Of a stretch of DNA of 64,000 nt, positions 1-15,942 are shown one piece after another. The notes under the pieces were generated by a model. That model worked only from the letters and a program-made list of their open reading frames with translations. It ran no database searches and was not told the origin of the DNA. The stretch's first letter is position 1; the number at the start of each line of letters is the position of its first letter. The stretch lies in assembly GCA_964016885.1 (NCBI GenBank), contig OZ024743.1:288610001-288674000 (forward strand), given 5' to 3'. The stretch comes from Eledone cirrhosa. Lineage: Eukaryota. The translations under genes were made by a program, and so were the position numbers.

Positions 1-16
1 TTCACCCTGCATGACA

Positions 17-72
<56 letters not shown>

Positions 73-264
73 ATATGTGTGTGTATGTGTATGTGTGTGC
101 GTGTGTAAGTATCATATCTTTCATTAGACCGATGATTATCCGTGTTTCCTTGATGTTAAGCGACTGAGATTAAAAGACGCAACTCTAGGGTGGATGCTTG
201 TCCATCACCGGATTAACCTCCCCATTTACGAGTAATCGAACCATCTATATTATGGCCAAAAGTC

Positions 265-1090
265 AACGCGCATTCATAATTTGAAGGGAAAGGAAAAGTC
301 GATTAAATTAATCCAAGTGCCTTACTAGTGCTATTATTTATCGACACCATAAGGATGAAAGGAAAAGCTAACTTCGACGGCATTTGAACTCAGAAGGTAA
401 GGGCCGTAGCACTACCAGCACTTTCAATTCACCACGCTTCAATAATTAGATAATAAAACGTGCTTTCGAGTCAAAGCCAAAGTACTTTAAAAAAATTGTT
501 TCTTCTATTGGCACAAGGACAGCAATTACAGTACATTACTGGTACTTTATTTTATCGACTCCGTAAGGATGAAAGGCAAAGTTAACCTCGGCGGGATTTG
601 AACTCAGAATGGCAAGGGCCGTAACTCTATGCGTCAAAGCATGGTGCCGACCCTCTACCGATACTGCCAATCTACCTGTATAGGCACAAGGCCAGTAATT
701 TGGGGTGGGGGTGGGGTGGAGGCTGGGGGGTTTAGGGGGGGAAGTCTATTACTGAAGGGAAAGGAAAAGTCGATTAAATAGATCAAAGTGCATTACTGGT
801 GCTTTATTTTATCGACCCCATAAGGATGAAAGGCAAAGCTAAACTTGGCAGGATTTGAACTCAGAACGTAAAGGGCCATAGCTCAATACCGACGCGCTAC
901 TGATTCTACGAATCCACCGCCCTAATTATGAAAAATAATAATGATAATAATAATAATTGTTTCTAGTTTTGGCACAAGGCTAGCAATTATCCCAATGTAT
1001 TACTGGTACTTTATTTTATCGACCCCGTAAGGATGAAAGGCAAAATTAACCTCGGCGGGATTTGAACTCAGTCCGTAAAAGGGCGTAAAT
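265..1090 (-). mobile_element. Four head-to-tail copies of a tRNA-headed SINE (approx. 265-440, 495-672, 678-922, 955-1090)
   Basis: Repeated TTTTATCGACCCCGTAAGGATGAAAGGCAAAG..GGATTTGAACTCAG. The minus strand has B box GAGTTCAAATCC and a Deu/Nin-like GCCTTTCATCCTT..GGTCGATAAAAT domain. Confidence 0.8.
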
Positions 1091-1354
1091 AATAATTTAA
1101 AAAACTAACATCTCCGAAAGCAACAACAGTAACAACAGCAACATCACCACCAACCACAGCAATAACAACAACAGCAGTTACAATAATAGTGGCAGCAAGT
1201 GATTAGTTGCAGCAGCAGGAAGCAGCGTCAACTGCAAATGCAGCAGCAAGAGCGATTCTATTAACAAGGCAGAGAGAGAGCGGCAACCAATGGCGGCAAT
1301 TCTGAAATCTGATTGACACTTGCACATATTTAATGGCATTAGTCGACGACGGCC

Positions 1355-1655
1355 GGGTGGCGGCGGTGGAGCAGGTGGTGGTGGTGGTGGTGGTGGTGGT
1401 TGTGGTGGTGGTGGAGTTGGTGGTGGCGGTGGTGGAGTTGGTGGTGGCCTTGGAGCTGGTGGTGGTGGAGCTGGTGGAGCTGGTGGTGCTGGTGGCGGCG
1501 GCGGCGGCGGTGGAGCTGGTGGTGGCGGCGGCGGTTGAGCTGGTGGTGGTGGTGGTGGAGCTGGTGGTGGAAGTGGAGCTGGAGGTGGTGGTGACGGCGG
1601 TGGAGCTGGTGGCGGTGGAGCTGGTGGTGGTGGCGGTGGTGGAGCTGGTGGGTGT
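1355..1655 (+). repeat. G-rich (GGT/GGC)n low-complexity tract punctuated by GGAGCT
   Basis: Direct reading. Explains ORFs 1203-1731. Confidence 0.9.
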
Positions 1656-2148
1656 CGGCAGAGGCGATATGGGGGGAAGTAACAATTAAGAGTTTGTTAA
1701 TTGCGACACATGGGGTCCCCAATTTAAACATAAACTAATGGAAATACCGTCAACACTCCCACCACCACAAACACTAATACTCCCCCCACCGCCACATACT
1801 GTTCAGTTGTTTAGTTATTTCTATTTATTTCCTGTTTTGCTTCCTACTCTCATTTCTAAATTGGAAATGTTACTGAGACTCTTCCCACCCATCTCTCTCT
1901 GTCTCTTTATACACACAATCACATACAGAGACAGACACACGTATACATACACCCGCATGCACGCATACACAAACACATACACACGCATACTCGTATACAC
2001 AAACACTTACACACAACTCATCTCAGCTACCTCAGCAACCTCAACAACCCAATCACTCCAGTAATGAAGAAGTCTTGATCAATTGGGATGCTAGAAATAG
2101 CAGTGCAATCTACCTTTATCACATCACCACCACCACCACCACCACCAA

Positions 2149-2329
2149 CAACACCACGATAACCTCCGCAACCAGCACCCTGAATATCTATACTATCAGC
2201 ACCAACCTAACCACCATCACCACCATCATTACCACCGCCACCGCCGCCACCAACACCGCCACCAACACCACGATAACCTCCGCAACCAGCACCCTGAATA
2301 TCTATACTATCAGCACCAACCTAACCACC
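2149..2329 (+). repeat. Direct duplication of ~67 bp (2149-2215, 2263-2329) within (ACC)n
   Basis: CAACACCACGATAACCTCCGCAACCAGCACCCTGAATATCTATACTATCAGCACCAACCTAACCACC occurs twice. Confidence 0.9.
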
Positions 2330-2617
2330 GTCACCACCACCACCACCACCACCACCACCACCACCACCACCGTTACGATTAGTAATTTTTGTTGTTTATT
2401 TCCTATATTTATTTTCTAAATTGGAAACATTACTGAAACCATTGAGAATTACTAATGTTACTGGTTTAACTCGTCCCCCACTACCCTATCTTACGTCTTC
2501 TTTCTTAGTTTCATTTCTTCTCCCTTTCTATTCCTTCCACCTCCATTCTTTCTTTCTCTTCTTCTCTTCTTCTTTATCCGCTTCTTTCCGTGTATTTATA
2601 TAACCACCCATTCATGG

Positions 2618-2657
<40 letters not shown>

Positions 2658-2719
2658 CTATATATATCTATCTATATATCTATCTTTCTATCTATTTATC
2701 TATCTATCTATCTTTAACT

Positions 2720-3920
2720 CCCTATTTCTCATATCGGAAAACTTCACGTCTCCTGCCGATTGGTAACATCTGTTCAACGATTCTTTCCTTAGACATTCTA
2801 ACCCCATGTCTGTAGTATCGAAGTAGTGATCTCACAATTCGGAGAAATAGCGGTTCTACCATGAGCGAGTCTCCGATATCCGAGCTGCGCACTTTATCTT
2901 ATAACCCTACTCAAAAGACCCTTCGGATGAATCCCATTTTGGACACCTCTATTCGTGATCGTTTTCTTTCGGTCATTAATTACCTAAGATGAATGATCAT
3001 AGGTAAGTGTTGGCACTATTACCGAATTGAAGACAGAGTGTTTGGTTTTAAAGCCTACCTCCCTTCTTCTGATGACTGGAAGTTGAATCTAGTGTACCAC
3101 TGCACCAGCTCCTGCAATTCTTGCACTTAATTCATCTTACATCATTGGTGAACATGGTCTCGAGATACTTGAATTTCTCATCTGCTATAGTGGAATTGCA
3201 CTCACATGTAGAGTATTCCGCCAGTCTATTCGCAGCACTTATTTTTATTCCAGATGTACCGGCACTAGGCAGCAATTCTATCAAGTGCATGTTGCAGATC
3301 CACTTCTGAAGAGTTAACCCCGAAATTCTAGCCGTTTTGATCCTATGCCTACTTGTCTTGATACCGATTCCGACCAGGCTGCGCATGTCAATCCTGTCCA
3401 TGAACTTTATTAACAGGGGAGTACGCCCCCTTGCCAGAGCCCGACTCCAATATTGAATGGTTTCAACTTAGTACAATTTATCCGGACACACATAATAGGG
3501 CATTCGGTTAGAGGCATCAGGGCGACACGAAGCTGTCTCCTGATCCTATATTCCTTCAGAACCTCCCACAACAGGTCCTGTGAAACGCAGTCATATGCCT
3601 TATCGAGGCCTGCGAAACAAGCATACGCCTCTTGGCAATATTCTCACAATTTCTCAAAGACCTGCCTCATTGTAAATATTTGGTCGGCTGTGCTGCGTCA
3701 GGGGCAAAAACCACACTATTCGTTACCTAGCTCTGATTCGACAATATTCCTATATCTTTTTGCCAGGCACACAGCAGAGCCTTTATGTGGGATAAGGAGA
3801 CTGACAAGGAGATCTCTCTATAATTGGAACAATCTCTCTTGTCTCCCTTTTTGGAAATTGGGATTATCATTCCCGGTTGTCATTGCTTAGGTGCCTTTCC
3901 AGAGATCTAAACTGCCCGTC
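2720..3920 (-). mobile_element. Decayed RTE-like LINE reverse transcriptase fragment
   Basis: Minus-strand translation gives NYREISL, CFAGLDKAYDCV, GVPP..FMDRID and KFKYL remnants with stops and frameshifts. Confidence 0.7.
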
Positions 3921-4062
3921 TGATCTGGAGCTAAGCAACAGTAAAATTACACGTTTACAATTGCCTTCAATCGCACACACACACACACACACACTCTCCC
4001 TCCCCCTCTCTCTCTCTCTCTCTCTCCCTCTCTCTCTCATTCTTTCTCCCTTTCTATCCCCC

Positions 4063-4150
<88 letters not shown>

Positions 4151-4755
4151 CTATATATTCCATTATATCTAATCCCTTACTTCAAAATAAACTGCACCTC
4201 CCTCCATCCATATTGTCCCTTTTTTATCTCCTTTCTATTTTCACACTCTCTTTCACCCCTTTCTCTCTCTTTACATCACCAAATTTTCCTTCTTTCTCTC
4301 CTCATTTGAATATTCATTTATTTTCATTCTTTTCTTTCTTTCTACCTTTCTTCTTCTCTGTCGTTTTTATCATTCTTGGCCTCTTTTTCTTTCCTTCTTT
4401 CTTTCTTTCTTACTTTGTTTCTTTCCTTATTCATCCATTTATTAATTTATTTCATTTATTCTGTCTATCTTTCTTTATTTCATTTAATCTTTCTTTCTGC
4501 TCTTCCTTTTTTCCTTATGCCTTTATTTATTCATCTCTTTCTTTCTTTTCTCACCCCTTTGATACTCTAACAATCACCATCTACCCCTGCTAACCATAAT
4601 TAGTAAACGAAACCCTCAGAAGAATTCAACCTCACCATTTAAAATTACATTTATTTCAAGAAACTGTTAATTTAAAAACAACAACGACAAAAACTACAAA
4701 TACAACGAAAAAGACTGCAATAACACTCACATACACACACAGACACACACATACA

Positions 4756-4829
<74 letters not shown>

Positions 4830-5072
4830 GAACCAAAGAAAACAAGCCTAAGTTCAATTATGAAATTCCTTCACATATCTCCACACTCACCCATTACTAC
4901 ACTACACAGTGTCATAACCCTCTACTCCAATCCAGTTTATAAATATATCCCGCATCCACCTTATTCTCCTGTTCAATCTTTTATTACAATCAGTCATTTT
5001 TTTTTGTTCCTTATCAATCCCTACTCCTCTTCCATCCTCCAACATCCATCTCTCTCTACCCCTCTCTCTTTC

Positions 5073-5122
<50 letters not shown>

Positions 5123-6695
5123 TACAATGGTACACTAAAACCATACTCCCCTCCTAACTTCTTAACCACCCAGTAATGAAGTCTCCTGCACATGGTCGCT
5201 TGGCATGTTAGAAATAACAGAGCGATCCACCATCAACACCATCATAAACACCACCACCACCACCACTACCACAAACACCACCACCACCACCACTACCACG
5301 CCTGGATAAATTACACGGGATCTATATCAACAACGATGTATATTCTTTTGAATTTGAATATAAATCACTACATGACTGTTATTTAATTTCACGACCCCAA
5401 ACGTTGAAAGCACAGTCGAATAAATTTGGGAAAGAGCTGAATTTGAACTCAGAATGCTGACACAAAACTAAAAATTATAATATATCTTTGTTTCAAAGCC
5501 TAGTGTTTTTTTTTCTTAATCAGCTTGTCTCCTTCATTATTTTACTACTGATATCCACAAAATATGGTGCTGTTAAGCAATAGATGTTGTTGTACAAGCC
5601 CGTTACTTAGTGGTTAGAGTGTTGGTTTAGTAAACTTGTGAGTTTAATCTCTTGACTAAATTGGATCGAACAAAACACTTTATTTCTTCTATCTCTAGTT
5701 CAATTTGGAAGCGGCTGCTTGGCGTCCTATCTAAAGGGAAGTCTTGTACTTTCAGTTACGGAAGGTGTAATGAAATTGGGACAAGCTCGGAGCAGATCAA
5801 GCTCAATCTCAGGCAAAGGCAACCTTTTTCGAGCAGTCGGTTCATCATAAGGTGGGTTTTACTATTAAAAGATCATGGCAACTTTTAAAATCAGACGTGT
5901 CATTCAAAAAGCTAAACGGACAGCAGTTTACACATGATTGCTCTAGTTGGTCCCAGTAAGACGTACAGTAAAGCCAATCCCCGAGAATTGAAATCTGATC
6001 GTTGTGGTGATGAAGCTAAATATATACTCCAGTGTATTTTTTACTCCAACACACACAGTTTTTTTTTTTTTTGATTTTAATCAACTCGCCCTCTTCAATA
6101 TTATACAACTATAAAAGCTGTTACGAATGTGATACCACCCACACAAACATCAGTGCAGCCAGTCCCAACTACACCAAGTACTGTGTGTTTGTTTATTCTT
6201 TTTATAGAAATCTGCTTACATTGAAAAATCCCAAGGCCAATCAATGAGTGACTTAAAGTATACCACATAGAAATTACCGTATGGTCATTGACGTTTTGTT
6301 TCAACTCACAACAAGCTGTAGACATTAAAATAATCGCCAACCACGCCAACCAATGATACTGGAGATTTGATCCCTCTATCGTCACCAAGTACAGAATGTT
6401 AACTTATTTACGCTTGATTTTGCTGTTGGTTGTATCATCATTACCATATACACATAGTAGGATATGTGTCTTTAAACACGAACAAAATCAGTGTATTCAA
6501 TGTATATTTTAGAGTGAAACATTGTCTCTTTATGACAATACATCATAACGAGCAGTATCTATCTATATATCTCTACATCTCCCTCTCTTTTACTTTCTGT
6601 ATCTCTCTCCCGCTCTCTCCCCTTTTCTCTCTCTCTCTCTTTCCCACACTCACACTCTCTATCACTCTCTGTATATAGTGTAGGTAGTACGGTGA

Positions 6696-6727
<32 letters not shown>

Positions 6728-6845
6728 CATAAAGTTATTCCGGGTTGAATCGGAGGTAACCACAGTAAGTAAAGTACTCAATACATAGCAGAGTATAAAA
6801 GTTTTAATATAGAAAAGTTCTAGTCCTGTAGAAGCTCTTCTATAT

Positions 6846-7122
<277 letters not shown>

Positions 7123-7944
7123 AGAGAGAGAGCGGGGAGAGGGGAGAGAGATGAAGGGAGTTGAGCGAAAGAATGAGAGAGGGATAACTTCGTCAAATGT
7201 GTCCGTGATAGTCGGATATGTGGGAGGAAGAGAAGGGGGACGGTGTGAAATAAAATCTCTTTACATTGAAAGATGTCATTAATTGTCACCTAAATACAAA
7301 TCTACCCACTTTTATGTACCGTGTGGTGACTGGAGTGTTTGAAACATGTTTTTTCATTCTTTCCTGCTTTGTTTCATAAAGTTGTATCAGTCTTTGTTGA
7401 AATGAAACAAAAAAAAGTAACAACAAAATAAAACAACATAAATAAAAACATAAAATGAAAGCCAGTCATTGAGCTATCTCAATTGTTACCAAGTGCCATG
7501 ATATCTATCTAAGTAGAGATATATGTGCGCGCGCGAGTGATTGTGAGTTTGGGTGTTTGTGTGTGTCTTTTGTGTGTATGCATACATGGATTTAGAAGTG
7601 TAATGATTCTTTTATGGGAATGTTATGTGTCGGTGTGTATATTTATTGCGGTGCTCGGCTCACTATCATAAGTTCGCTCTCCGGCAGTACGTGGTATCCT
7701 TGAGCAAGACACAATATTTCACGTTGCACCAGTCCACTCAGCTGGACAAAATAAGTTGTACCTGGAATTCAAATGATCCGTGTAGTCTCATAATGTGATA
7801 CATCGAATCTCCCTGAGAACTGCATTAAACTTTACACATGTCTGTGGAAAGATCAGCCACTTTCACATTATTTTACGAGCAGGCTCTTCCGTTGGTCAAA
7901 CAACTAGAATATTCATCAGCGGAACTGACGAAGGTCCAACATAC

Positions 7945-7982
<38 letters not shown>

Positions 7983-9475
7983 ATGTGTGTGTGTGTGTGT
8001 GTGTGTGGTATGCGTGTGTATGTGTGTGTGTATGTGTTCATCTAAGAGAACAGGGACTCTGTAATGGGTTACTACATCTATGTATGTGCATTTTACGTAT
8101 GTGTATGTGTCATCGTGAGTTCAAGTATCCATGCTCGTGTGTATGTATGTGCATGCGTATGTTGTGTGTTTTTCTAAATGTTTATGCGTGTGTGTTGATC
8201 ATTGTATGCGATTGTATGTGTCTGTGCGTGCGTATTTATATTCCACGGTATCAACGTCCTTGTAGCAGTATGTTTATACATAACTTGAGTGTTTGTGTGA
8301 GTGTGTTTGTTTGTGTGTGTATGTATGTGTGTATGTGTTTGTTTATGTGTGTTTGTATGTGTGTGTCTGTGTGCATGTGTGTGTATGTTTGTGTGCATAT
8401 GTGTAACAGACTACCTGCTAAAGACTCAATTACCCACCATCCTAAAACCACTCATGTGCGAAAAAAAGTAAGTAAATTGCTCGACTACTACAATCATCTG
8501 GTTCATTTTTTAACTCCATTTTTATGGGGTATGGCAAAGTCACTAGAGCACACAACAAACTGGAGGTATTATTTTTTTCGGCGTTTTAAACTTTGAGTTC
8601 AGATGCCGCCGAAATCTACATCACCGCATGTCATCTTGCGTCAGTGCTTATACCATACACGTGGATTGACACGATCGTTTGAGCGAAAAAGATAATATAA
8701 AAATGATGTGTTCAAGCCATCTTAAAGCTGTGATGCAGCTATCTAATTTAAGACAGTTTGATAACTCATACTGTCTTAGTGCTTAGGAGATATGTGGTTC
8801 GATTCCTCATAGCATCCGATGGCAACTGCTTTTTCCATCTTTTAAGAGTCTTCCTCCTATTTTATAAGCTATTTCAAAGCATTTCCACGCATAAGGACAT
8901 CATTCTTTATATTAACTTTATCTTCTCGGCGCTTTGTAAGAGTCCGAGAGATCGGCTACGTGTAAGTTACATTTCATTGTATGCATATATATATATATAA
9001 ATACACTGGATGTAATCATTTGCTGATACAGATACAGTATATATAGTATATATATATATACATATATAGAGAGAGTGACATTAAGAATTGCAGCTTTTCG
9101 TGAACCTTTATTTCCTATTACAATTCGTTCTATATCGATCAGCTCGGTTTGATCAGGCAATCGGATCCCGACTCCTAATCAACACTTCTTCAGATATGAG
9201 AGTTGTATATATATATATACACACACGCCCATTTATGTTGTCTAATGTATTTAATTAAATATAATTTATGAACTCAGTTTTGACTGAAATCTATAGGTTT
9301 ATTCTCTAGTAGTTTATTTAAAAAATAAGTAAAAACACTGTTAACGCGGAGGTAATTTATACATTCATAATGACAAAGGATTAAATTTACGTAGAAACAC
9401 AAACAATATTTTTCTCATATTGTTGAGGATTTCATTCTATGATGGATAAAAGTATACACAAATTCACATAGAAAT

Positions 9476-10230
<755 letters not shown>

Positions 10231-11108
10231 ACACGATATGCCATATTATACCAGATGTGACTGTCAAATAAGATTCCATTTTACGAACCTTATATGTATA
10301 TATATTTTTTCTATATCAAATATATGTATACATGGGCCTTTCAGTGTGAGCTTATAAATGTATATACTTTTAAGTGTATGTGTTTATTTGTGTGTGCGCC
10401 TGTTTGTGTGTTTATTTGCAAGTATTTATGACTCCACGTTTTTTAATGGGAGATTTTGTGTGTTTTTAGAATTTATTATTAACTTTTTTTCCCCATTCTC
10501 GCTGTTCCTTTTTCTGTTTTGCGTCAGCCTGCTTGAATCATTGTGCTTAGCATATATGCATGTGTGTCTATCTGTATGTATGTTTGACAGTGATGATGCT
10601 AGTGTTAATGGCAGATGTCGTTGTTGTTGTTGTTGTTGTTGCTGTTGGTGGTGGTGGTGATGTTATTGCTTGTATTGACGGTGGTGTGTATTTTGTTGAC
10701 TATAGTCGTTTAAAAAGGCATAAATATTTGTGTCTTAATATGAGAATCATAAAGTCCAACGTGGGAAATTCATTGCTTTGCGATAGAATAAAATATGTTA
10801 TACATACAAATATACATATATACATGGCACATCATACATTCGTATATTCATATATACATATGTACAGAATGCACACTCAAATTTCTATATGTTTGTTTTA
10901 TGCATCAGTAATATATATAGATACATATAGGCACATGCATACATAGATATGTGCACATGCTGACACACACACACATGTATGCAAGTATTTATTTATTTAT
11001 ATATGTATGTATGCAAGCATGTATGTATGTACGTATGTATGTGTGTATGCATGCTTGTATGTATATATGTACACACACACACACACATATTTGTGTGTAT
11101 ATATATAT

Positions 11109-11170
<62 letters not shown>

Positions 11171-12445
11171 GTAGATGCATATAATGGATGTGTATATCTA
11201 TGTATGTATGCATGCATGTATATATATGTATTGACACCAATATTTTGTATGGAAAGGAATCTTTTATTGCAATAAGACACCGAGAAAGCATTATTCATAA
11301 TTGTATTTTAGACGAATCTGCCATTAGAATATAAGGTATAAGAGGACGATTCAAGTGCTGGAGATTAGGAACTGCTACATCAAAGAAAGAATCGACATGA
11401 GAAGGATATCGCAGTATATAATATCTTTACAATTATATCACGTGTAATTAAGCAATTAGATAAAATATTTCACTGTTGGCTCGTAGGCAAAGCTCAGTTT
11501 AAATAGAATGATACGGTACTTTGAAGTAATTTTTAGCACACTTTGGTGAAAGGATGTTATTCTATTATATATAGCTTTAATTTATATCGAATAGTGCAAA
11601 GAATGGAGTCGTTGGTTACAGGTTTATGACTGGCAAAACACTGTTTCTATGAATTTCTGACCGTGAGAAAGACAAACAATTGTCTCTGCAATGGATAGTA
11701 CATTAGAAAAACACCCATGTTTATAATTGTGGCCGATATACTTTGGAAAAATATAAGCACACTCTCCAATTTATCTTTCTCTCTCTCTCCATATATATAT
11801 ATGCTTATGCATACACATATATACAAACGTAGACACACACACACACTCACACACTCACATACACACACACACACAGACACACACACACACACAGACACAT
11901 ACAAACGCATACATATATATATATGTGTGTGTGTGTTTGCGTAACATATTTATTCATTGTACTATGTCGTTTGTTTTATTATTTATGTTTGCCTTTTGCA
12001 GACACACACACATATATATATATCTACACACATATATATATGCTCATGCGTATATATACAAGTATGTATATTTGTGTGTAAATGCATGTATATATCGATA
12101 TATATAACATGACATGTGCATAAGCAGTGATTTTCATGGTGGCATTCCTTTCTTCTGTGTTGTTGCATATAAGATTGCTCGTATCGAATCCAATGGGAAA
12201 GTTATATATTTCGTATAGAAAATGAATGAATTCAAAGATTCTACTGTCCATTATGTTTTGGAGAAAGTCTTAAAAAGTGACGTTAAGAGACAAATATCTT
12301 AAATCTGATTTGGATAAAGTACAATTGATGGGGTGACAAGGAAAACAAATTATGTTCAACATATGCATTTTGCAGAAAATCACATGAATAATTCAAAATT
12401 GAAATGAGACGAAAGGTAGGGAGACCCAGTATATTGTAATAATAA

Positions 12446-12738
12446 TTGTTTCTACTTTTGGCACAAGACCAGCAATTACCCACTGCATTACTGTTACTTT
12501 ATTTTATCGGCCCCGTAAGGATGAAAGGCAAAGTTAACCTCGGCGGGATTTGAAATCAGAATGTCAAGGGCCGTAACTCTATGCGTCAAAGCGTGGCGTC
12601 CAACCCTCTACCGATACTGCTGTAATAATTGTTTCTACATTTGGCACAAGGCCAGCAATTACCCAGTGCATTACTGGTACTTTATGTTATCGACCCCGTA
12701 AGGATGAAAGGCAAAGTTAACCTCAGCAGGATTTGAAC
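12446..12738 (-). mobile_element. Two tandem copies of the same SINE (second is 5'-truncated)
   Basis: Same consensus as 56254-56435. Confidence 0.8.
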
Positions 12739-13077
12739 GATACTGCTGTAATAACTTGCAATCGAGTTTGTTTTTCTAACGCTTGTCTTGTTAGACATTG
12801 AAGGTCTAAAAACAAGTTATTATTAGGTCATCGGCACTTGAAAGAACATATGTCTAACAAATCTAACAAACGTTATCTATCAGTCGGTGATCTGAAGAGA
12901 CTCATGCCTGTATATAATGTCAATTGTCAAGATTCTGCAATGCATGAGAAAAGACATTTATGTAAGAGTTATGTTAAAATCATCAAATAATCGGTTTGGC
13001 TGAAAAGCCACCTTAGCTTTGCAACTCATTAATAATCTTCCTCCACACATAAACGCATATATATATATACACACACA

Positions 13078-13131
<54 letters not shown>

Positions 13132-13151
13132 TGTATATATATATATTTATT

Positions 13152-13215
13152 TATTAAAATAACAGATTAAAGTTGAAGCAAAGAATCGCTGCTTTCACCC
13201 TTAACGGGATCTTCG

Positions 13216-13217
<2 letters not shown>
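13152..13217 (-). repeat. Short dispersed repeat truncated at a hammerhead-like core. Other copies at 28383-28440 and ~15955-16012 (opposite orientation)
   Basis: ATTAAAATAACAGATTAAAG..GCAAAGAATCGCTGCTTTCACCCTTAACGGGATCTTC is shared. The minus strand reads GAAGA-T-CCC-GTTAA-GGG-T-GAAA-GCAGC. Always next to (TA)n. Confidence 0.6.
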
Positions 13218-13247
<30 letters not shown>

Positions 13248-13249
<2 letters not shown>

Positions 13250-13669
13250 CGAAGGAAATGTGGTAAGGAACCAGATGGACCATAAGGCACCAAAGTACTC
13301 AATACTTAGGGTAGTAGAGTGGGTAATAGGAACAAGTATAACCCCGACGCCAGAGCTCAAGCCGTTTCGACGGCTAATTCTGGACTAAATAAGAATGTTT
13401 AGCCTGGTAAATAAATAGCCGAACTTCTCAGGGCGTAAATGCCATGATAGAACCGTATGTCTTAACAACAAACTTTTGACCAATCCATGATAGAATCAAA
13501 TGTCTTAACAACAAACTTTTCACCAATCCTTGTGACAATCACTATTTTACCATATATGGATTTACCCCCTGAGAAGTTCGGCTATTTATTTACCAGGCTA
13601 AAAATTCTTATTTAGTCCAGAATTAGCCGTCGAAACGGCTTAAGCTCTGCCGTCGGGGTCATACTTGTT

Positions 13670-13672
<3 letters not shown>
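13248..13672. mobile_element. Fold-back repeat family A, copy 1: inverted arms (~13326-13442 / 13556-13672) each carrying a hammerhead-like motif, with a ~43-bp tandem duplication in the spacer
   Basis: Arms are reverse complements by inspection and (TA)n lies on both sides. The spacer has CCATGATAGAA..TGTCTTAACAACAAACTTTT..CCAAT twice (13442-13529). Confidence 0.8.
13564..13659 (+). ncRNA. Type I hammerhead-ribozyme-like motif with variant core CTGAGAA and long loop II
   Basis: Stem I ACCCC(13564-68)/GGGGT(13655-59). CTGAGAA at 13569-75. Stem II G..CGGCTA/TAGCCG.C. GAAA at 13632-35. Stem III CGGC/GCCG. GTC triplet with predicted cut after 13654. Confidence 0.6.
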
Positions 13673-13734
<62 letters not shown>

Positions 13735-13782
13735 GTATATATATATATATACACGTTTATATATGTATAGATAGATAGATAG

Positions 13783-13873
<91 letters not shown>

Positions 13874-14538
13874 CGTGTCTGTGTGTGTGTATAAAACGTA
13901 AACAGAAATAACGAACCAAACGGCACAGTACAATGAAGCAATATATTAGGTTAATGTACAGGTTTTGTGTCACTGTATATTCATTTTCTAACCGATCAAC
14001 TGTAAAATTCAGAACTCGGTAGAAACAACATCCGTGAAGACAAAACGCCGAAGGAAGCTACAGCACTGGATTTGCTGCGTGAAACAATATTATAAGTGTG
14101 GCACTTACAAGCAAGTCCAGGGGCAATTTCATGCATTTTTTGTAACCAACAAATTTCCCTTCAAAGCTAATATACAAATCTGGGTGAACACGTTTGAGAC
14201 TATGGCACAGTAGAGAACTTCAATGCAATGTCTAAGGACTGCATACACCCTCTGGATAACACAGAAAGCGAAAACATGAAGTTGCAGACATGCTGGGAGA
14301 GTCTTTTGAACAGAGCCCAAATCGATCCCTGCGTAGGAGAACTCATCCATTAAGCCTCTCCACAGAAACTTGCAGAATATATATATATATATATGTCCCT
14401 TATGATTTGAACGCATATAGTTATATATCTGTGTTCGTCTCTCTTTACTGTGTTATAAGGCTCGGAAAATTGTTTTTCCTGAGGTAACTTGATTATAAGG
14501 GACTATTATGTCTTTTTAACTCAATATATATATCTTGA

Positions 14539-14863
<325 letters not shown>

Positions 14864-14949
14864 TACGTGTGTATGTGTACGTGTGTATGTGTACGTATTT
14901 GCCAGAGAGAGAGGGGTGAGTGCTTGTGTGTGTGTGTATAGATATTATA

Positions 14950-15016
<67 letters not shown>

Positions 15017-15808
15017 TTGTGTTTGTGCGTGTGTTTCTTTCCCTTTATCACTCTCTTCGGCTGTGAATGTATGCTAAAAATTATGCCGGTATGTATGGAC
15101 TGCTGGAGAGCTGTATGGATGCACTGATATATCTAATAAGGTGCTCACACAAACATGTACACCCACACGCCCATAATATAAACGGCATTAGATACTGCTG
15201 CATAAAATTAAAATTATATATATATGCAATTAGACATTGCAGAGCTGTTAACGTGAGTCGGAGGCCGTACCTGACTTATACCGGACGCCCGAGGTAAGGC
15301 TTGCACCAGTGTGGACTTGAACGACTTCAACCATCAAATTAGTACTTATAAACGTCTTAATAGATACGCTAACATTCTTTACCTCTTTTCGTCTCTCAGG
15401 AAGATCACAAGTATTTTAGTAGCCACTTAACCAAACAGCGAAGATATCTCTCCAACTATGTCTAACATACTCCAGTATTACACTGGAATTCCTCAATGTT
15501 TACGACTAAAACTACCCTAGAATATGAATAGTATTCATATTATTCATAATATGCAAGCATGTTCGTACATACGGTGTATGTATGTATGTATATATGTATG
15601 TATGTATGTATGCATGTATGTATGTATTTATGTATGTATGTATCTATGTATGTATTTACGTATGTATGTATCTATGTATGTATATATGGATGGATGTATG
15701 TATGTATGTATGTAAGTATGTGTGTATGTATTTATGTATGTATGTATCTATGTATGTGTGTATGTATGTATGTGTGTATACGTATTATGTAGGTAAGTAT
15801 ATATGTTA

Positions 15809-15843
<35 letters not shown>

Positions 15844-15846
15844 AGT

Positions 15847-15942
15847 AATTGTTTCTACTATTGGCACAAGGCCAGCAATTACCAGTGCATTACTGGTACT
15901 TTATTTTATCGACCCCGTAAGGATGAAAGGCAAAGTTAACCT
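15847..15942 (-). mobile_element. 5'-truncated SINE copy
   Basis: TTGTTTCTACTATTGGCACAAGGCCAGCAATT..GGCAAAGTTAACCT. Confidence 0.8.

Noticed and set aside
265-1090. CRISPR-like array of repeated GGATGAAAGGCAAAG units
   Set aside because: The units are SINE copies with homologous rather than unique spacers, the context is eukaryotic and there are no cas genes.
1203-1731. His-rich, Gly-rich or Thr-rich protein exon
   Set aside because: All frames are open only because of the (GGT)n repeat. There is no recognisable domain or convincing splice pair.
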